IMG/VR virus record: IMGVR_UViG_3300017971_000027
Location: 1 to 64,000 of that record
Reading direction: 5' to 3' (one strand)
DNA length: 64,000 bases
DNA from: a virus
How positions within the stretch are numbered: the first letter of the stretch is position 1; each line of letters starts with the position of its first letter. A program made the translations under genes and the position numbers. Under the pieces are notes generated by a model. It made no database searches and had not been told where the DNA came from. It saw only the letters and a list, made by a program, of their open reading frames with translations. Below, piece by piece: positions 30,401-41,257 of the stretch.

Positions 30401-30790
30401 ACGCAATATCCCAGACGATGAACCGTGCGGAATCGAGATGAAACGAAAAGGACGGTACGGGTGCGACTTAAGCTGGCACACGCTCCACGGTAAAGGCGAA
30501 ACATACATCGACGCAATACTCGACCTGTACAATAGGAAATGTCATAGCAAAAACAAGATCAAACTTCGCAGGCTGGTTAATGGCGAAGCTGAGGAGAAAG
30601 AATTGTGGCCGTAAGACACTGCTGTTGGAACTGCCATGAGTACTGGGTAATCCCGCCAGAAGGATGGAACGGCAAAACGGCTCTGGTCTGCTCCGAGGAA
30701 TGTGCGGAGGAGTATAGAAATCGGGCGTGGGCCAAGAAAGTATACGCTGCACTGGACGGAGATGGTAGGAGCGATTTTTCTGAAAAATAG
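27428..30790 (+). other. rightward operon of small acidic/CxxC hypothetical proteins (27428..27628, 27618..27806, 27855..28139, 28130..28555, 28543..28821, 28821..29048, 29045..29335, 29332..29565, ~29567..29773, 29773..30012, 30291..30614, 30605..30790)
   Basis: Overlapping start/stop codons with RBSs, downstream of the promoter at 27353. Confidence 0.65.
30009..30278 (+). CDS. DUF4326 family protein
   Basis: DVYIGRGSKWGNPF...L.GK.LGCYCKPKACHGDVL. Confidence 0.9.
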   Translation: MKTTVVNRHKEQFDVYIGRGSKWGNPFVIGRDGNREQVIEIYRQWIKGQHKLLADLHELKGKRLGCYCKPKACHGDVLVELVEAGFSEK

Positions 30791-30861
30791 GAAAAATTGT
30801 GTGACACCCAAACACCCAGAACTACACCCCCCTGTCAAGCATATACCCCGCCCTTTGCACA

Positions 30862-30976
30862 TGTTCACTTTTCTGAACACGCACGTTTAATTTTCTGAAC
30901 ATCGGCCTTTTTTATGTTCACTTTTCTCAACATCGGCATGTTTAATTTTGTGAACGTATGTTTAATAATGTGAACG
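30862..30976. repeat. five tandem imperfect palindromes YGTTYA-N6-TSAACR
   Basis: Copies start at 30862, 30884, 30915, 30939 and 30959. Confidence 0.8.
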
Positions 30977-31372
30977 TCAACCTAGTTGCATTGCCCCGGA
31001 TCCCGGCTCTCGATGCCCCGGAGAGAGCCCAAATAATGCCCCAAATAATGCCCCAAATCAGACCGGGAGAGAGCCGGGATCCGGGAGCCCCGGAGAGAGA
31101 GCCCCGGAGAGAGAGCCCAAATTTGCCCGGAGAGAGCCGATCCGATCCGGGGTATACCTTGCCCCAAATCCCGGATCGGATCGGATTATACCCCTAATTT
31201 GCCCCATTACGCCCGGGATGGAATACCCCGGAGAGAGCCGGGATCCGGATCGGGATTTGCCCCGGCTCCGGGGCTCCCTCATAATGCCCCAAATTTGCCC
31301 GGAGAGCCCCAAATAATAAGAGCCCCGATCCATGTTACCGGATCGGGGCTCGATGCCCGGGATGGGGCTCTA

Positions 31373-32161
31373 TTAGACGGATCGTGCTATACTCTCCCGG
31401 GCTCTATTGGATCGGCTCCCATGGACCGGAATTACCATACCCCGTAGCGCGCCTATAGTCCGGAGCCGGGGGGATTCCAAATCCGGGATCGATCCCATGA
31501 ACGGTTTCACAACTCCCCTGCACAACTGACAATCTGCACACTCTCTCCCGGAGAGAGCCGGACACACAGTCTCCCATGGGAGCAAATCTGATTTTATCAA
31601 TTCCAAATCAGACCGGGGATCCGTTCGGAAGGTATTCCATCCCATGGAATGAGCCCGGGCGCATTCGTCCAAATTGTCAACACTAGCACATACCAGATAC
31701 CGGAGCCGGGGATCGGCGCTCTCCCATGAATGAGTGTACCCCGTCCACCCGATCTTTGGTCTTGCTCTATACCGGAGCAAATCCATCAAGACATTGATCG
31801 GGAGAGCGGCGGGATCCCCATATGAGCCGATCCGGATCGGTTTGTTATTTGGAATGAGCCGGGGATCCGTGAAATCATATGAGCCCCGTTTATAAGCTCT
31901 ATAAACGGATCCGGGCGCTTGGTGGGGGAGCACATAACATCCGGATCCGGATCGGAATTTACACTCCCCACACACACTCCGATCCGCTCCGGTCTTGACG
32001 GCTTGGCATGGACTCATGTCAGACCGTATGATCCAACTCTGCACCATATCCCCGGTCTTGATATTTTGGGATTTGCTCTCTAATCCGGAGAGCACACACA
32101 GGATCTTGTTTCCATCTATTTGGGATTTGCCATTGTAAACTATCGTGCTATTCGCATTCAT
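31373..32161 (-). CDS. GP88/DUF7227-like Cys-rich phage protein
   Basis: N.KTG.M.Q, CG.C.....CY, RIGSYGDPAA, WTGYTH.W, ASVD, CP......C..C.LC. Confidence 0.7.
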   Translation of the reverse strand: MNANSTIVYNGKSQIDGNKILCVLSGLESKSQNIKTGDMVQSWIIRSDMSPCQAVKTGADRSVCGECKFRSGSGCYVLPHQAPGSVYRAYKRGSYDFTDPRLIPNNKPIRIGSYGDPAALPINVLMDLLRYRARPKIGWTGYTHSWESADPRLRYLVCASVDNLDECARAHSMGWNTFRTDPRSDLELIKSDLLPWETVCPALSGRECADCQLCRGVVKPFMGSIPDLESPRLRTIGALRGMVIPVHGSRSNRARESIARSV

Positions 32162-32367
32162 GATTTTATCCCCTTTACGTAATCCATCCCGTATACGGCG
32201 GGACGATGCCAATCCACCCGACACAACTCATCGATCGCCAAATCCAACTCATCAAGGGACCGTACCGCTCGAAACATCCGGACGATCCGATCCCGGTCTG
32301 ATACGCTCCGGACCCGCTCCCGGGCAAATCCGATCCATCTCATAGATTCCGCAAATACTGATATCAT
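32158..32367 (-). CDS. hypothetical protein
   Basis: Coupled to its neighbours by ATGA overlaps. Confidence 0.5.
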   Translation of the reverse strand: MISVFAESMRWIGFARERVRSVSDRDRIVRMFRAVRSLDELDLAIDELCRVDWHRPAVYGMDYVKGIKS

Positions 32368-32546
32368 GATACGGCCCCCTCATCAACTCCGATCCCGTAG
32401 TTGTCCAACAACTCATCGATCCACCCCATGAGCGCGACATATCCCGGATCGACGCTATCCCGGAGCCCTATAGACGGATCGTCCGGAGCGGATCCCTCAT
32501 CTATCAACTCATCCCATCTCTCTATCAACTCATAGACTGTCAACAT
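32364..32546 (-). CDS. small acidic hypothetical protein
   Basis: Start MLTVYEL at 32546 with RBS GGGAG, downstream of the promoter at 32639. Confidence 0.6.
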   Translation of the reverse strand: MLTVYELIERWDELIDEGSAPDDPSIGLRDSVDPGYVALMGWIDELLDNYGIGVDEGAVS

Positions 32547-32610
32547 GGTCTCAACTCCCGGGGCTCTGCCCCTTGACGGCTCCCACCATGGGAGCCCCAT
32601 TAACACCGTG

Positions 32611-32639
32611 ATCTTATCATATCCCCGGGCCCCTGTCAA
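32611..32639 (-). promoter_or_regulatory. sigma70 promoter
   Basis: TTGACA-N17-TAAGAT with extended TG. Confidence 0.7.
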
Positions 32640-32994
32640 GAACAAAAATAAGTAATAAATCCGGAGCCCGATCCGGAGCCCGGGATCCCGGGGCAAATCA
32701 GGGGCAAATCCGGGGCAAATTATGAGCCGGGGATCGGGGCTCCGGGAGAGCCGATCTGGGAGCCGGGATCCGGGAGCGGGATCGGGCTCATAATAAGACC
32801 ACGCGCCTACACGTACAATTCCCATGCCATGTAGCAAAAAGTAAACATGTCTCATTAAGCGTTTAAATTCTAAACGAGACAGTCCGATTACAATTCTGTA
32901 ATTTTAAACATCCGATCTGGCATGAATCTTGCGTGGGGGATATCACGCACTGAACATATGTTCAGTACCCCCTCTATATATGGGCAGATATCGC

Positions 32995-33044
<50 letters not shown>

Positions 33045-33939
33045 GCAAAATGAAACACTGGGTGAAATCACGCAGGCAAGAATCGTGCCAGACTGGCCAG
33101 AAATCGCGCAACGTCCGATAATGTACGTTATGTAACGTTATCTGGACACAAAGTGGGGTATATCACCCGATTTTGGGGCATTTCACCCAGCAAAATCAAC
33201 GCAAACGTTTGCGTGGCCTGAATTACAATTTCGAAAGTAAACGTTTGCGCCCCAACAGCCCGGCTTTGTGATGCAAAGTGCGAATAATGAGGTCGGCTCG
33301 GGTGTGTGTACATCCAGCGTACATGTGTGTGTGCGTGTGTGTCCGCGTGTGTGTCAGAAATCCTACCAAAATGTATGAATTACGAAATTGTAATCGGGAA
33401 AACTGGCCGAAAATTTGCAAAAACCCCTTATTTTCGCACTTTTTGTCAACAGAAAAATTTGCACGGAGCGCATATTCCCACCTTCCAGACCGTCTGTACA
33501 TTCGATGTACATACCCTGTACACTGAGTGTACGTCATTATTGTATACGACTGTATACATTTTGTATACACTTTGCCGTAACCTGTTGATTAGCAACAGTT
33601 AGCAGATATGTGGCAGATATAGGAACCATTGCTTTTTGAAACGACTGCTCAGATGTTTGTCTGAATCGTTCCGATCTTTTCCCTGTTCCGGTAGCTTGGA
33701 TTGTGGTTACCATTTCCCGTCAGGCTTTCGAGAATCGTTTCTAACGGACGGGATTACTCTGGACGACTCTCGGGTAGGGTACCACCTTGGTCGGGCCTTA
33801 GAAGCGAAATTTGGAGGCCTCTGGTTGGTTCTGGTTGACCTTGGACTGTTGGTGATGCTGATGCTGGCTCGAAAGGCGGTAAAATTGGCGTGTAACGGGC
33901 GAAGTGATCGTGGGGCAGGTCTTGGTATACCTTGGATAT

Positions 33940-33977
33940 AAAAAAGGCCCCCTGAACGTTGTACTGTCCAGAGGGCC
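33940..33977 (-). terminator. rho-independent terminator
   Basis: GGCCCTCTGGAC...GTTCAGGGGGCC followed by a T tract. Confidence 0.75.
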
Positions 33978-33991
33978 GAGCCTGATGCCGG

Positions 33992-34390
33992 TTACAGGGA
34001 CTGTTGCCTTTTGATGCTGCCCATCCACCGGTTGGCGAATGTTGCGAGGTCTTTCTGAAGTTTCGGGCGGACGAGCGTTTTGCCGTTGTCGAACTGGACT
34101 GCGACTTGATACATACCGAGGCTGTCCTGCCGGTACGTCATCGGGTAGACTTCGCCGTTGAGGTCTGCCAGCAGGAACGTCATATCAGGGTCGCTCATGA
34201 GGTCGCCGTTCTGTTCGAAGTAGTGGGTGACGCTGTAGACTTTGCCGAGGGGCGTTTGGGTCAGCAGGTGGACTGAGACCGGCATGTAGGTACCGTTGCT
34301 GTTGTCGACCTTCCGGCCTTCGCCGTACTCGGTGATACCTGCGATTAGTTTCTGGAAAGTCTTGGTTGCGGTCTTGCTCAAGCTTTTCAT
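33992..34390 (-). CDS. DUF6908-like protein
   Basis: YMPVSV, SVTHYFEQNGDLMSDPDM.F, P..YRQD, F...W..NI-type ending. Confidence 0.75.
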   Translation of the reverse strand: MKSLSKTATKTFQKLIAGITEYGEGRKVDNSNGTYMPVSVHLLTQTPLGKVYSVTHYFEQNGDLMSDPDMTFLLADLNGEVYPMTYRQDSLGMYQVAVQFDNGKTLVRPKLQKDLATFANRWMGSIKRQQSL

Positions 34391-34433
34391 TCTGTCTTCT
34401 CCTTGGCCGTTGTTGCGTTTGCCTGTTGATGGT

Positions 34434-34463
34434 AATATAGCATACTTGGCTATGATTTGTCAA
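34434..34463 (-). promoter_or_regulatory. sigma70 promoter
   Basis: TTGACA-N18-TATATT with extended TG. Confidence 0.75.
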
Positions 34464-34841
34464 CCCCCTTGTCGAAGGCAAAAGAATGGCCCCCGAGTCG
34501 ATGTTGAACCCGAGGGCCGAGGTTGTTCTTGATCGGCCTCGATCTGCACGTCCTCAACAGTCCATGAAAGATCGGCGTAGGTCTGCTCTTCCTGCTCGAG
34601 TTCGAGCATCTCTTTCCAGAGGTCGTTGCGGACTGCTCGGAGAGTGTTATCTTTTGTGGTGGGATCGACTTCGTTGTCGATAACCGTGTCGAGGGTTTCT
34701 GCCAGCTTGCCAATTCTTTCTGCGAGTGTCGTTGCGTCCATGATCGTGCCTCCTTAACTGCGGGTTTCGGTTACTGACTCTGACATACTATACCACAAGT
34801 CACTACCAAAAGCCAAGAACTTTTTCGATTGAATGCCACGG

Positions 34842-36536
34842 CTATCCCTCGGGCTGGTCGAGTTTTGGTAGTTCGTCGATGAGCCTGTCCACCAGCTTGT
34901 CGGACGGCATGACTTCGTCAACCTGAATTTCTTGCCGGTTAGCCTTCAGGTTGCTTTCAGTCCTGTGAATTTCCCATACCGTCATGATGTTATACATGAA
35001 CTCGCAGAGCTGGTCATCTGCCATAACGGTATCTGGACTAAGGTCGTCAATGCTGATGCCATTTTCGAAAACAACCATAATGTCGGCGTCTGCATAGACC
35101 ACCGCCTCGAGTATCCGGTTGTTTATTTGCTGCTTGAACGACCAGACCTGCAAAACGAGGTCGGCTACGGGAATGTTGTAATTGGTACGTTCGATTTTAG
35201 CTTCCATTGTGATTCTCCTTCGTTCGTTAGCAACTTCCTGCACAATCATACTTCAGGCCTTCGGATGAACTCGCGATTTTGCTGATTAAACTGAACAGCC
35301 TCTCGACACGCTCATAATCGCCGTCACGAGCGTTGTCGTCATCGATACGAGCCTGAATAGCGGTAGCCGTATTCCACATCCTGTCGACAATCGTACTGAG
35401 CTGGCTGAGTTGCTCTTGAGCATCATCCGCAGCTTTCCATAATTGGCTAATACGTTCACTTTGCGTTGCCATGATCTTACCCTCCATTAGCAGATGGCCT
35501 CGTCTCGGGTCTCTGCCCGTTTCCGATGCAGTGCATACTGCCAGACCGAATCCCAGTGCCTTTCGTTGTCCCTGAGTGCCATGTAGATTGCATCGCCCAG
35601 CTCGATGGTCTCGTTTTCCAGCATGTCGTTTATCACGTTCGTGTAGTGGGACGACTTGACAGATGCCTCTTCCATGAGCTGGTCCGGTGTCATGTGGCCC
35701 GTCTCGATGACCATGTCGAGCAGGTCGATTTCATGTTGGGTTAGTACCATCGTTCTTGTCTCCTATAGCACGTTCGAGAAACCAACTGCGACTACTTTGT
35801 ACTTGCAGATGACGGTGTCTGATTTGCCCCACTTGTTCCTGACGATGTTCTTGGCGTACCTGTCGGCCTTAGCTTCGGACAGGAACGTCTTGGTAACTTC
35901 ACCATCTCTCACATCCACGTATTCGATTTCCCATCTGACTCCTAGCTCGGCCATTACTTAGCCCTCCACTTCGGTATATGCGTTCTTGCGTTTGCCAGAG
36001 TATGCGTTCATGTCCATTTCGAGGTGGTCAGCCTTACACCATACGCCGGTCGCCCGTTCGAGGTTATACACATAAGGGCGTACCATAATGCCGACCAAAA
36101 AGTGGGCCTTCATCTTGCCATCTTTCCCCTCAAAAACATCACGGGCCAGAACGATAGCGCGTCTGCCACCAAACAGCCCGTCGAGGTCTTCCTTGATTAC
36201 TACCTGTTCTCCGATGTCGTACATTGTATAGTATCCTATGTTGCCTCGCTGTTAATCCGTTCGATGTTGACCTTGACTATCTCTGGCATGTCGTATCTCA
36301 TGAACCAATGCCCCCGAGCACATGCCCGAGGGCGACCAATGCCACCCTAGCTTATGCGGGTAGCATCGACCTGAGTGTCGCCCAACTCGATCAGAACGCT
36401 CTGACCGAGGGCTACGTCTTTGGGATTGCAGACGTAGCGGAACGCTTTAGGCAGCCGATCAATATCGACCACCTGCGGGTCGGCGACCAGTTCGCCACCG
36501 ACGAAGTAGGAAATGAGGAAAGTCTTTTTCATAATG
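34842..36536 (-). other. operon of small hypothetical early proteins (34842.., 35227.., 35487..35750, 35763..35954, 35958..36224, 36347..)
   Basis: Coupled ORFs with GGAG RBSs downstream of the promoter at 36616. Confidence 0.6.
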
Positions 36537-36587
36537 TCCTCCTTGCTTTCGGTCGGGAGCCAATCTCCCAACCACCTAACGATACAT

Positions 36588-36616
36588 ACTATACCACATC
36601 TCGGGCTGAAAGTCAA
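36588..36616 (-). promoter_or_regulatory. sigma70 promoter
   Basis: TTGACT-N17-TATAGT within TGTGGTATAGT. Confidence 0.8.
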
Positions 36617-36807
36617 GGAAAAAATGACAGCCATTTCGACCAATGTTTATAGGGGTTTTGTGAGGTGACGTCCATTTCGGCCTAATATAGCTGGCTAAAA
36701 TAGATCGCCACCTCGAAAAACCTGTTTCAACCTGTCCTGTCGGCCCTGTCGGAGCGGTTCTTTGTGGCAGGGGTTGGGGCGACTGCGTCGCATGGCCTCA
36801 TGCCGGC

Positions 36808-37548
36808 TTAGTCGTCGCCACGTCCCCTGTCACGCACTTCGATCATCAGGTCTCGGCAAACTATCCTCGGGTTGCAATATTGCCAGTCAGGCCGGTTGTC
36901 CAGAGCATCGAGAAGTTTGAAATAGACTTCCCGTGCCTCGTCGAGTGTCATATAGTATTTGGTTGCAAAGGGAGAATAGATACCGCCATTAGGCCCCAGT
37001 ATCTTATAGTCAAACTCGAGACTGCATACATCTGGACTCCTTTCGGTACAACCACGCCAGACATTAGCGTAATTCCCTATACCGTCAGTCATGACTAACC
37101 ACTCCTTGGCTTCAGCCGGTGCAGCGATGGCGTAGTAACCGACATCTAACAGGTAACGAGCCTTCTCTGTAGCTTCCTCTTTAGTGACCAGAACAGGCTT
37201 ATCACAAAAGGTTCCTGAGTCTGGTTTACTATATATAAGACTTCGTTTATGTGGCATTACGACAACCCATTTCTTCGCACTATCGGCCCACTCGAATATC
37301 GTCTTGCCGGTGATGTTGAAGACCAGATTGGCGACAGTTCCCCGTGCGTCCATAAGGTCTCTTTGCGATTCGCCGAACATGCCATATGCGCTCCGATCTA
37401 TGTCATTATAGACCTTGGCAAGATCGTGTAGGTCGAAAATTTTACACCCGACGATGATAAATGTTTCGTACAGCTCGATGGAATACTTGAGCCTGTCGCT
37501 CGAGTTGACTCGTGCAAGTAATCTCTGCATTGCTTTGCTCCTTATCAC
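36808..37548 (-). CDS. hypothetical protein
   Basis: 246-aa ORF co-oriented with its neighbours. Confidence 0.55.
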   Translation of the reverse strand: MIRSKAMQRLLARVNSSDRLKYSIELYETFIIVGCKIFDLHDLAKVYNDIDRSAYGMFGESQRDLMDARGTVANLVFNITGKTIFEWADSAKKWVVVMPHKRSLIYSKPDSGTFCDKPVLVTKEEATEKARYLLDVGYYAIAAPAEAKEWLVMTDGIGNYANVWRGCTERSPDVCSLEFDYKILGPNGGIYSPFATKYYMTLDEAREVYFKLLDALDNRPDWQYCNPRIVCRDLMIEVRDRGRGDD

Positions 37549-37559
37549 TTTCGTTCCTG

Positions 37560-38987
37560 TTACCTTACCCTCGTTACCCTGTTGACCTTCGTGGTCTCTT
37601 CACCGTTATACATGTCATGCGCCTTGATGGTCAGCTTGACTCGGATAAATTCTTCTCGAGCATCGCCATCTTCGTCTGTCCATGCCGGTGCGTTGCTGGC
37701 GAACCACGTCAGCTTCTGGCCCTCTGGCGTTACCATCTTAACGAGCGTGGGGTCGCCCCATTCGCTGAAAGACCTCACAGTCGCCGTGTAAACGACTTTT
37801 ACGTCGACCTCGACCCTCTTACCCACCTCTCCGAAGAACGTGGACGCTGGGGCCGGTGAGGCGAGTTCTGAGGCTTTTCTGTCTGCACGTTTGACCGCCA
37901 TAGGCACCGAGGCGATAATCCCGAGCGTCCGGTCGGTCACCATACCGGCATCGGCGCAGGTGCGGACGTTGTGCAGGTAATCGTTCGACGCATCTTTCGA
38001 TATATCCGAAACCCACGCCTTGACCTTCTCGACACGCCCGTTCAATCTCGTGCGAGTTGCCTCGTCCAGAGCGTTGAATTCTTTGCCGAAGTCGAGCCAC
38101 CGTTTGCCGTTCGTGACAATATCCCACGCCTCGTACTTTGTAGCCTCGATGTTCTGGAAGGCGTCACTGGCTTTGTGGTAACCTTTAGTCTCGACGAGTA
38201 TGGTCGCAACCATCAGGAACCGGTCGAAGTCAACGGCGTCGATGTTGCACCCGCTGAAGTTGTAGTCCTCGAATTCAGTGAAATATCTTTCCAGACGGAG
38301 CAGTCTGCTCGCCGAGAATACCAGCGTTTCAGGAGAATGTCCGAGGAAATCTTTAAGGCAGGTCTTGCCGACTTGCTTGTACTCGCCGGTCTGCTCGTTG
38401 AAAAGCACATAAGTGTTCGAGCGTCGACGATTATGGCCGCAGTGTTCGCAGGTGTTGTCGGCTGTCCGGTATTCGATGGGGCATTCCCTGTTGGGAACCG
38501 TGTTAACTATGTTGCCAGCACCGCCGCCGGAAACATGGTCGATACGTGCGACGATTTCCCAACCCGCCACGACGATTGGCTCGGGGGTCGTGATGGTTAC
38601 TTCACGGCATGCTATGTAGACGACTGGTATCTGATAGAACCCGCAGTCGGCTACTCTGGCCAGTTCGTCGACAACATAATCGCCAGAGGTCTGGTAGTAT
38701 TCTACTTTGGTGATTTCGTCCGATACCGTGACCTGAATTTCTGGCAGTCCAAGTCGACGTGCTTTGCGGTTCAGGGTCTCGATACGATTGGCGAGGTAGG
38801 CCATACGCTCGACCGGCACCATGATAGTACGGGGCTGGTTCTGTTCATCTTCGTGGCAGTACGTGCAGATGACATCGCCGTTCTCGCCGTATTCATAATC
38901 GAGATCGGAAATGTCTTCGTGGCACTTGCTGCATTCTACTTTTGGTTCGGCGTGGTTGCCGTTTAGGTACTGCGTGAAGTCCGTCAT
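37560..38987 (-). CDS. conserved phage early protein, zinc-binding domains and C-terminal OB-like fold
   Basis: CEHC...RRR..TY......G...QVG.TCL.DFLG; C-terminal FFGEVG.R...W..S...TIK.H..Y.G...T...R. Confidence 0.7.
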   Translation of the reverse strand: MTDFTQYLNGNHAEPKVECSKCHEDISDLDYEYGENGDVICTYCHEDEQNQPRTIMVPVERMAYLANRIETLNRKARRLGLPEIQVTVSDEITKVEYYQTSGDYVVDELARVADCGFYQIPVVYIACREVTITTPEPIVVAGWEIVARIDHVSGGGAGNIVNTVPNRECPIEYRTADNTCEHCGHNRRRSNTYVLFNEQTGEYKQVGKTCLKDFLGHSPETLVFSASRLLRLERYFTEFEDYNFSGCNIDAVDFDRFLMVATILVETKGYHKASDAFQNIEATKYEAWDIVTNGKRWLDFGKEFNALDEATRTRLNGRVEKVKAWVSDISKDASNDYLHNVRTCADAGMVTDRTLGIIASVPMAVKRADRKASELASPAPASTFFGEVGKRVEVDVKVVYTATVRSFSEWGDPTLVKMVTPEGQKLTWFASNAPAWTDEDGDAREEFIRVKLTIKAHDMYNGEETTKVNRVTRVR

Positions 38988-39028
38988 GGTCTGTCTCCGT
39001 GTTGCCTCTTCTCAACCTGTCTGTACTT

Positions 39029-39058
39029 AGTATACCACAAATCCACCCAGTTTGTCAA
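39029..39058 (-). promoter_or_regulatory. sigma70 promoter
   Basis: TTGACA-N18-TATACT within TGTGGTATACT. Confidence 0.85.
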
Positions 39059-39143
39059 GAGGTTTGTTAATACGTTTGACGGGCATCTCAAGGCCGACTC
39101 AAGAAGCCCCGAAATGCCCGTCGGGTTGTGGAGGTATATCATG

Positions 39144-40669
39144 TTAGCTTGGCGGAATATCGAGCTGATGCACTCCGTTCTGGTAACCGTCCGTAATGAC
39201 CAGTTTGCCGGTCGAGCAGTTGTACACGAGCAGACCAGCGTCACCGTCTGGGCCGTTGCCGTATGGCAGGACACCAAGTCCACGGTTACCATCGATCTGT
39301 TCATGACAGTGACCGATCAGTCGGGCCATGCTGTAGTCCTCATCGCCTTCGCGCATCCGAGGAATTGCACCTCTGACCAACTCTATTGACCGACTCCCTG
39401 CGCCGTGCAGGTACATCTCGCACGGGGCATGTCCATACTTGCTCTCGACTCTCACTACCGCTCTGTCGCCCATTGCATGTCTCCTTATGGTTTGCCGTAC
39501 ATCCTATATGCACGGAAGTTTCCAGTAACCTTTGCCAGCACCGCCCAGCACATCCATACATTTTATAGCTGCATCTCTGGCGTACTCGTTCCGACCGTCA
39601 ATGTTTGTGTTGGTCGCCATAGTGTCGAGCCAACATAGGCACAGTTGCGTGAACGCCTGTTGCAATGTCCGGTGCTTACCCTTCATTGCGAATGCGAAAT
39701 CATCCATGTCAGGTCTGCTCGACAGATTCACGAAGTCTGCCATAACATTCGCAACATCTTTCGGGTCGCTCAGGTCGACCGATACGTTCTCATACCATTT
39801 CTTGTCAGCCATTGTCAATTCTCCTTTCTTCAACAGACAGTTCATCTATGAACCGTTTCTGCCAGTGCGCAGATGCTTTGTTTGCCAGAAGCATAAACTC
39901 GTCATGTGGCAACATACCCTCATCCGATAGCGTCTCTAGGATGAAACGTACCTTTGCCCTGTATGCGTTCTTGGCTGCACGTTCGACCTGTTCTCCTGTC
40001 AGCGTTTCTATCATCACACACCTTCCTTCCTACCGGCGAACAACGCCAGTTCTTCTGCTCCGACCTCGAACCGTTTGCCGGTCAGAGTGTCACGAAATAC
40101 GACTGCCTTGACCTGCCGACCGAGCTTCACGTACCCGATACGCTCGAGGTACATGTACTCGGAAAGGATTCTGTCAACCGCTCGGGCTGCTTCAAAGATG
40201 TTCAACATAGTCTGTCTCCTTATGCTTCTTTGTAACCTGTTGCCAATGGCCCACGACGACCGCACATGATGCAGTAGCCGTCTGGGTCAGTATAAGCGTC
40301 ACAGTTCTTGTGCAGGTACCCTCGGATGGCCCTGTCGAAACTGAACTGGACGTATTCCCATCTGTCGGTACCGGAACCTGTGACCACGTCCGGTTCCCCG
40401 TCGACCGGTTCCAACATGCATTCAGGAACGGCCAGAAGATCCATACCGTACGAGTCGTGTCGGACAGCGATTGACCGTTCGACTGGGTACACCGGCAGAC
40501 CGTTCTCTTCGGCCATGTGGAAGTGTACCATCCACTTCTCGAAATGTATGCCACCTTTGTACGGGATGGCACCCAACCGTTCAACCAGAACTGCTTTGCC
40601 TTCGTGCTGAAGTTGCATCGGAATGTCTTTATATATGCTGACCGTCTGTCCTGTTTCGAGCACTGCCAT
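39144..40669 (-). other. operon of hypothetical early proteins (39144..39473, 39504.., 39805..40017, 40014.., 40220..40669)
   Basis: Coupled ORFs with RBSs downstream of the promoter at 40748. Confidence 0.6.
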
Positions 40670-40718
40670 TGTCTTGGCCTCCTTGTTGTTTCCGTTATTC
40701 CCAACCTGTCTGGCACCT

Positions 40719-40748
40719 AATATATCACAAACAGGTACCACTTGTCAA
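40719..40748 (-). promoter_or_regulatory. sigma70 promoter
   Basis: TTGACA-N18-TATATT with extended TG. Confidence 0.75.
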
Positions 40749-41012
40749 GGACTTTTTTCGCGCTTGTTTCAAGCAGGTTTTACAGTATGAACCAAACACT
40801 GCCTGATGCACGTCAAGTTCCAATGGATTACACGGTACGCTCACCCAGACATGAGCGTTATACCTCTGGACGTACCCGCCACGCTCATACTTCTTATTCT
40901 TCTCACAACCACACAGTGTAACTGTCTTGCCTGCTTCGTTCCGATAACATATGTGAGTCTTCGTGGACTCTTCGCCAATCCAGCATATGCGATATTCTGT
41001 AGCCATTGTCAT
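40725..41012 (-). CDS. Cys/His-rich hypothetical protein
   Basis: KTH...TLCG...CKTC; RBS AAGGAG; has its own promoter. Confidence 0.6.
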   Translation of the reverse strand: MTMATEYRICWIGEESTKTHICYRNEAGKTVTLCGCEKNKKYERGGYVQRYNAHVWVSVPCNPLELDVHQAVFGSYCKTCLKQARKKSLTSGTCL

Positions 41013-41044
41013 TCTCCTTCTGTTGATTGCCTCACTGTGATCCT

Positions 41045-41073
41045 AGTATACCACATCCAGACGGAAAAGTCAA
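41045..41073 (-). promoter_or_regulatory. sigma70 promoter
   Basis: TTGACT-N17-TATACT within TGTGGTATACT. Confidence 0.8.
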
Positions 41074-41159
41074 GAACTTTTTTCACTTTCATTCTACTGG
41101 CCATTTTCAACCGTGGTTGAAAGCGTTGAAACCTAGGTTGAAACTTGCTTGTCCAGCAC

Positions 41160-41257
41160 CTATCTTATATACTATCTTATATACTATCTAATATACTATA
41201 GTTATGTGCCAGCTAGGTGGGCCACCTGTCACACTGTCACACTGTCACACTGTCACA
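41160..41257. repeat. tandem repeats: 3x CTATCTWATATA and 4x CTGTCACA
   Basis: 41160-41195 and 41226-41257, in the noncoding switch between divergent early arms. Confidence 0.85.

Larger units (their letters stand above)
30990..32790. other. CCGG/GATC/GRGCYC-rich low-vocabulary island
   Basis: Dense GGATCC, CCCGGG, TCCGGA, CCATGG, GAGCCC/GGGCTC in both coding and noncoding parts. Confidence 0.9.

Noticed and set aside
30862-31330. CRISPR array
   Set aside because: Repeats are short, degenerate and lack unique constant-length spacers; the Cas4-like gene is a standalone phage exonuclease.
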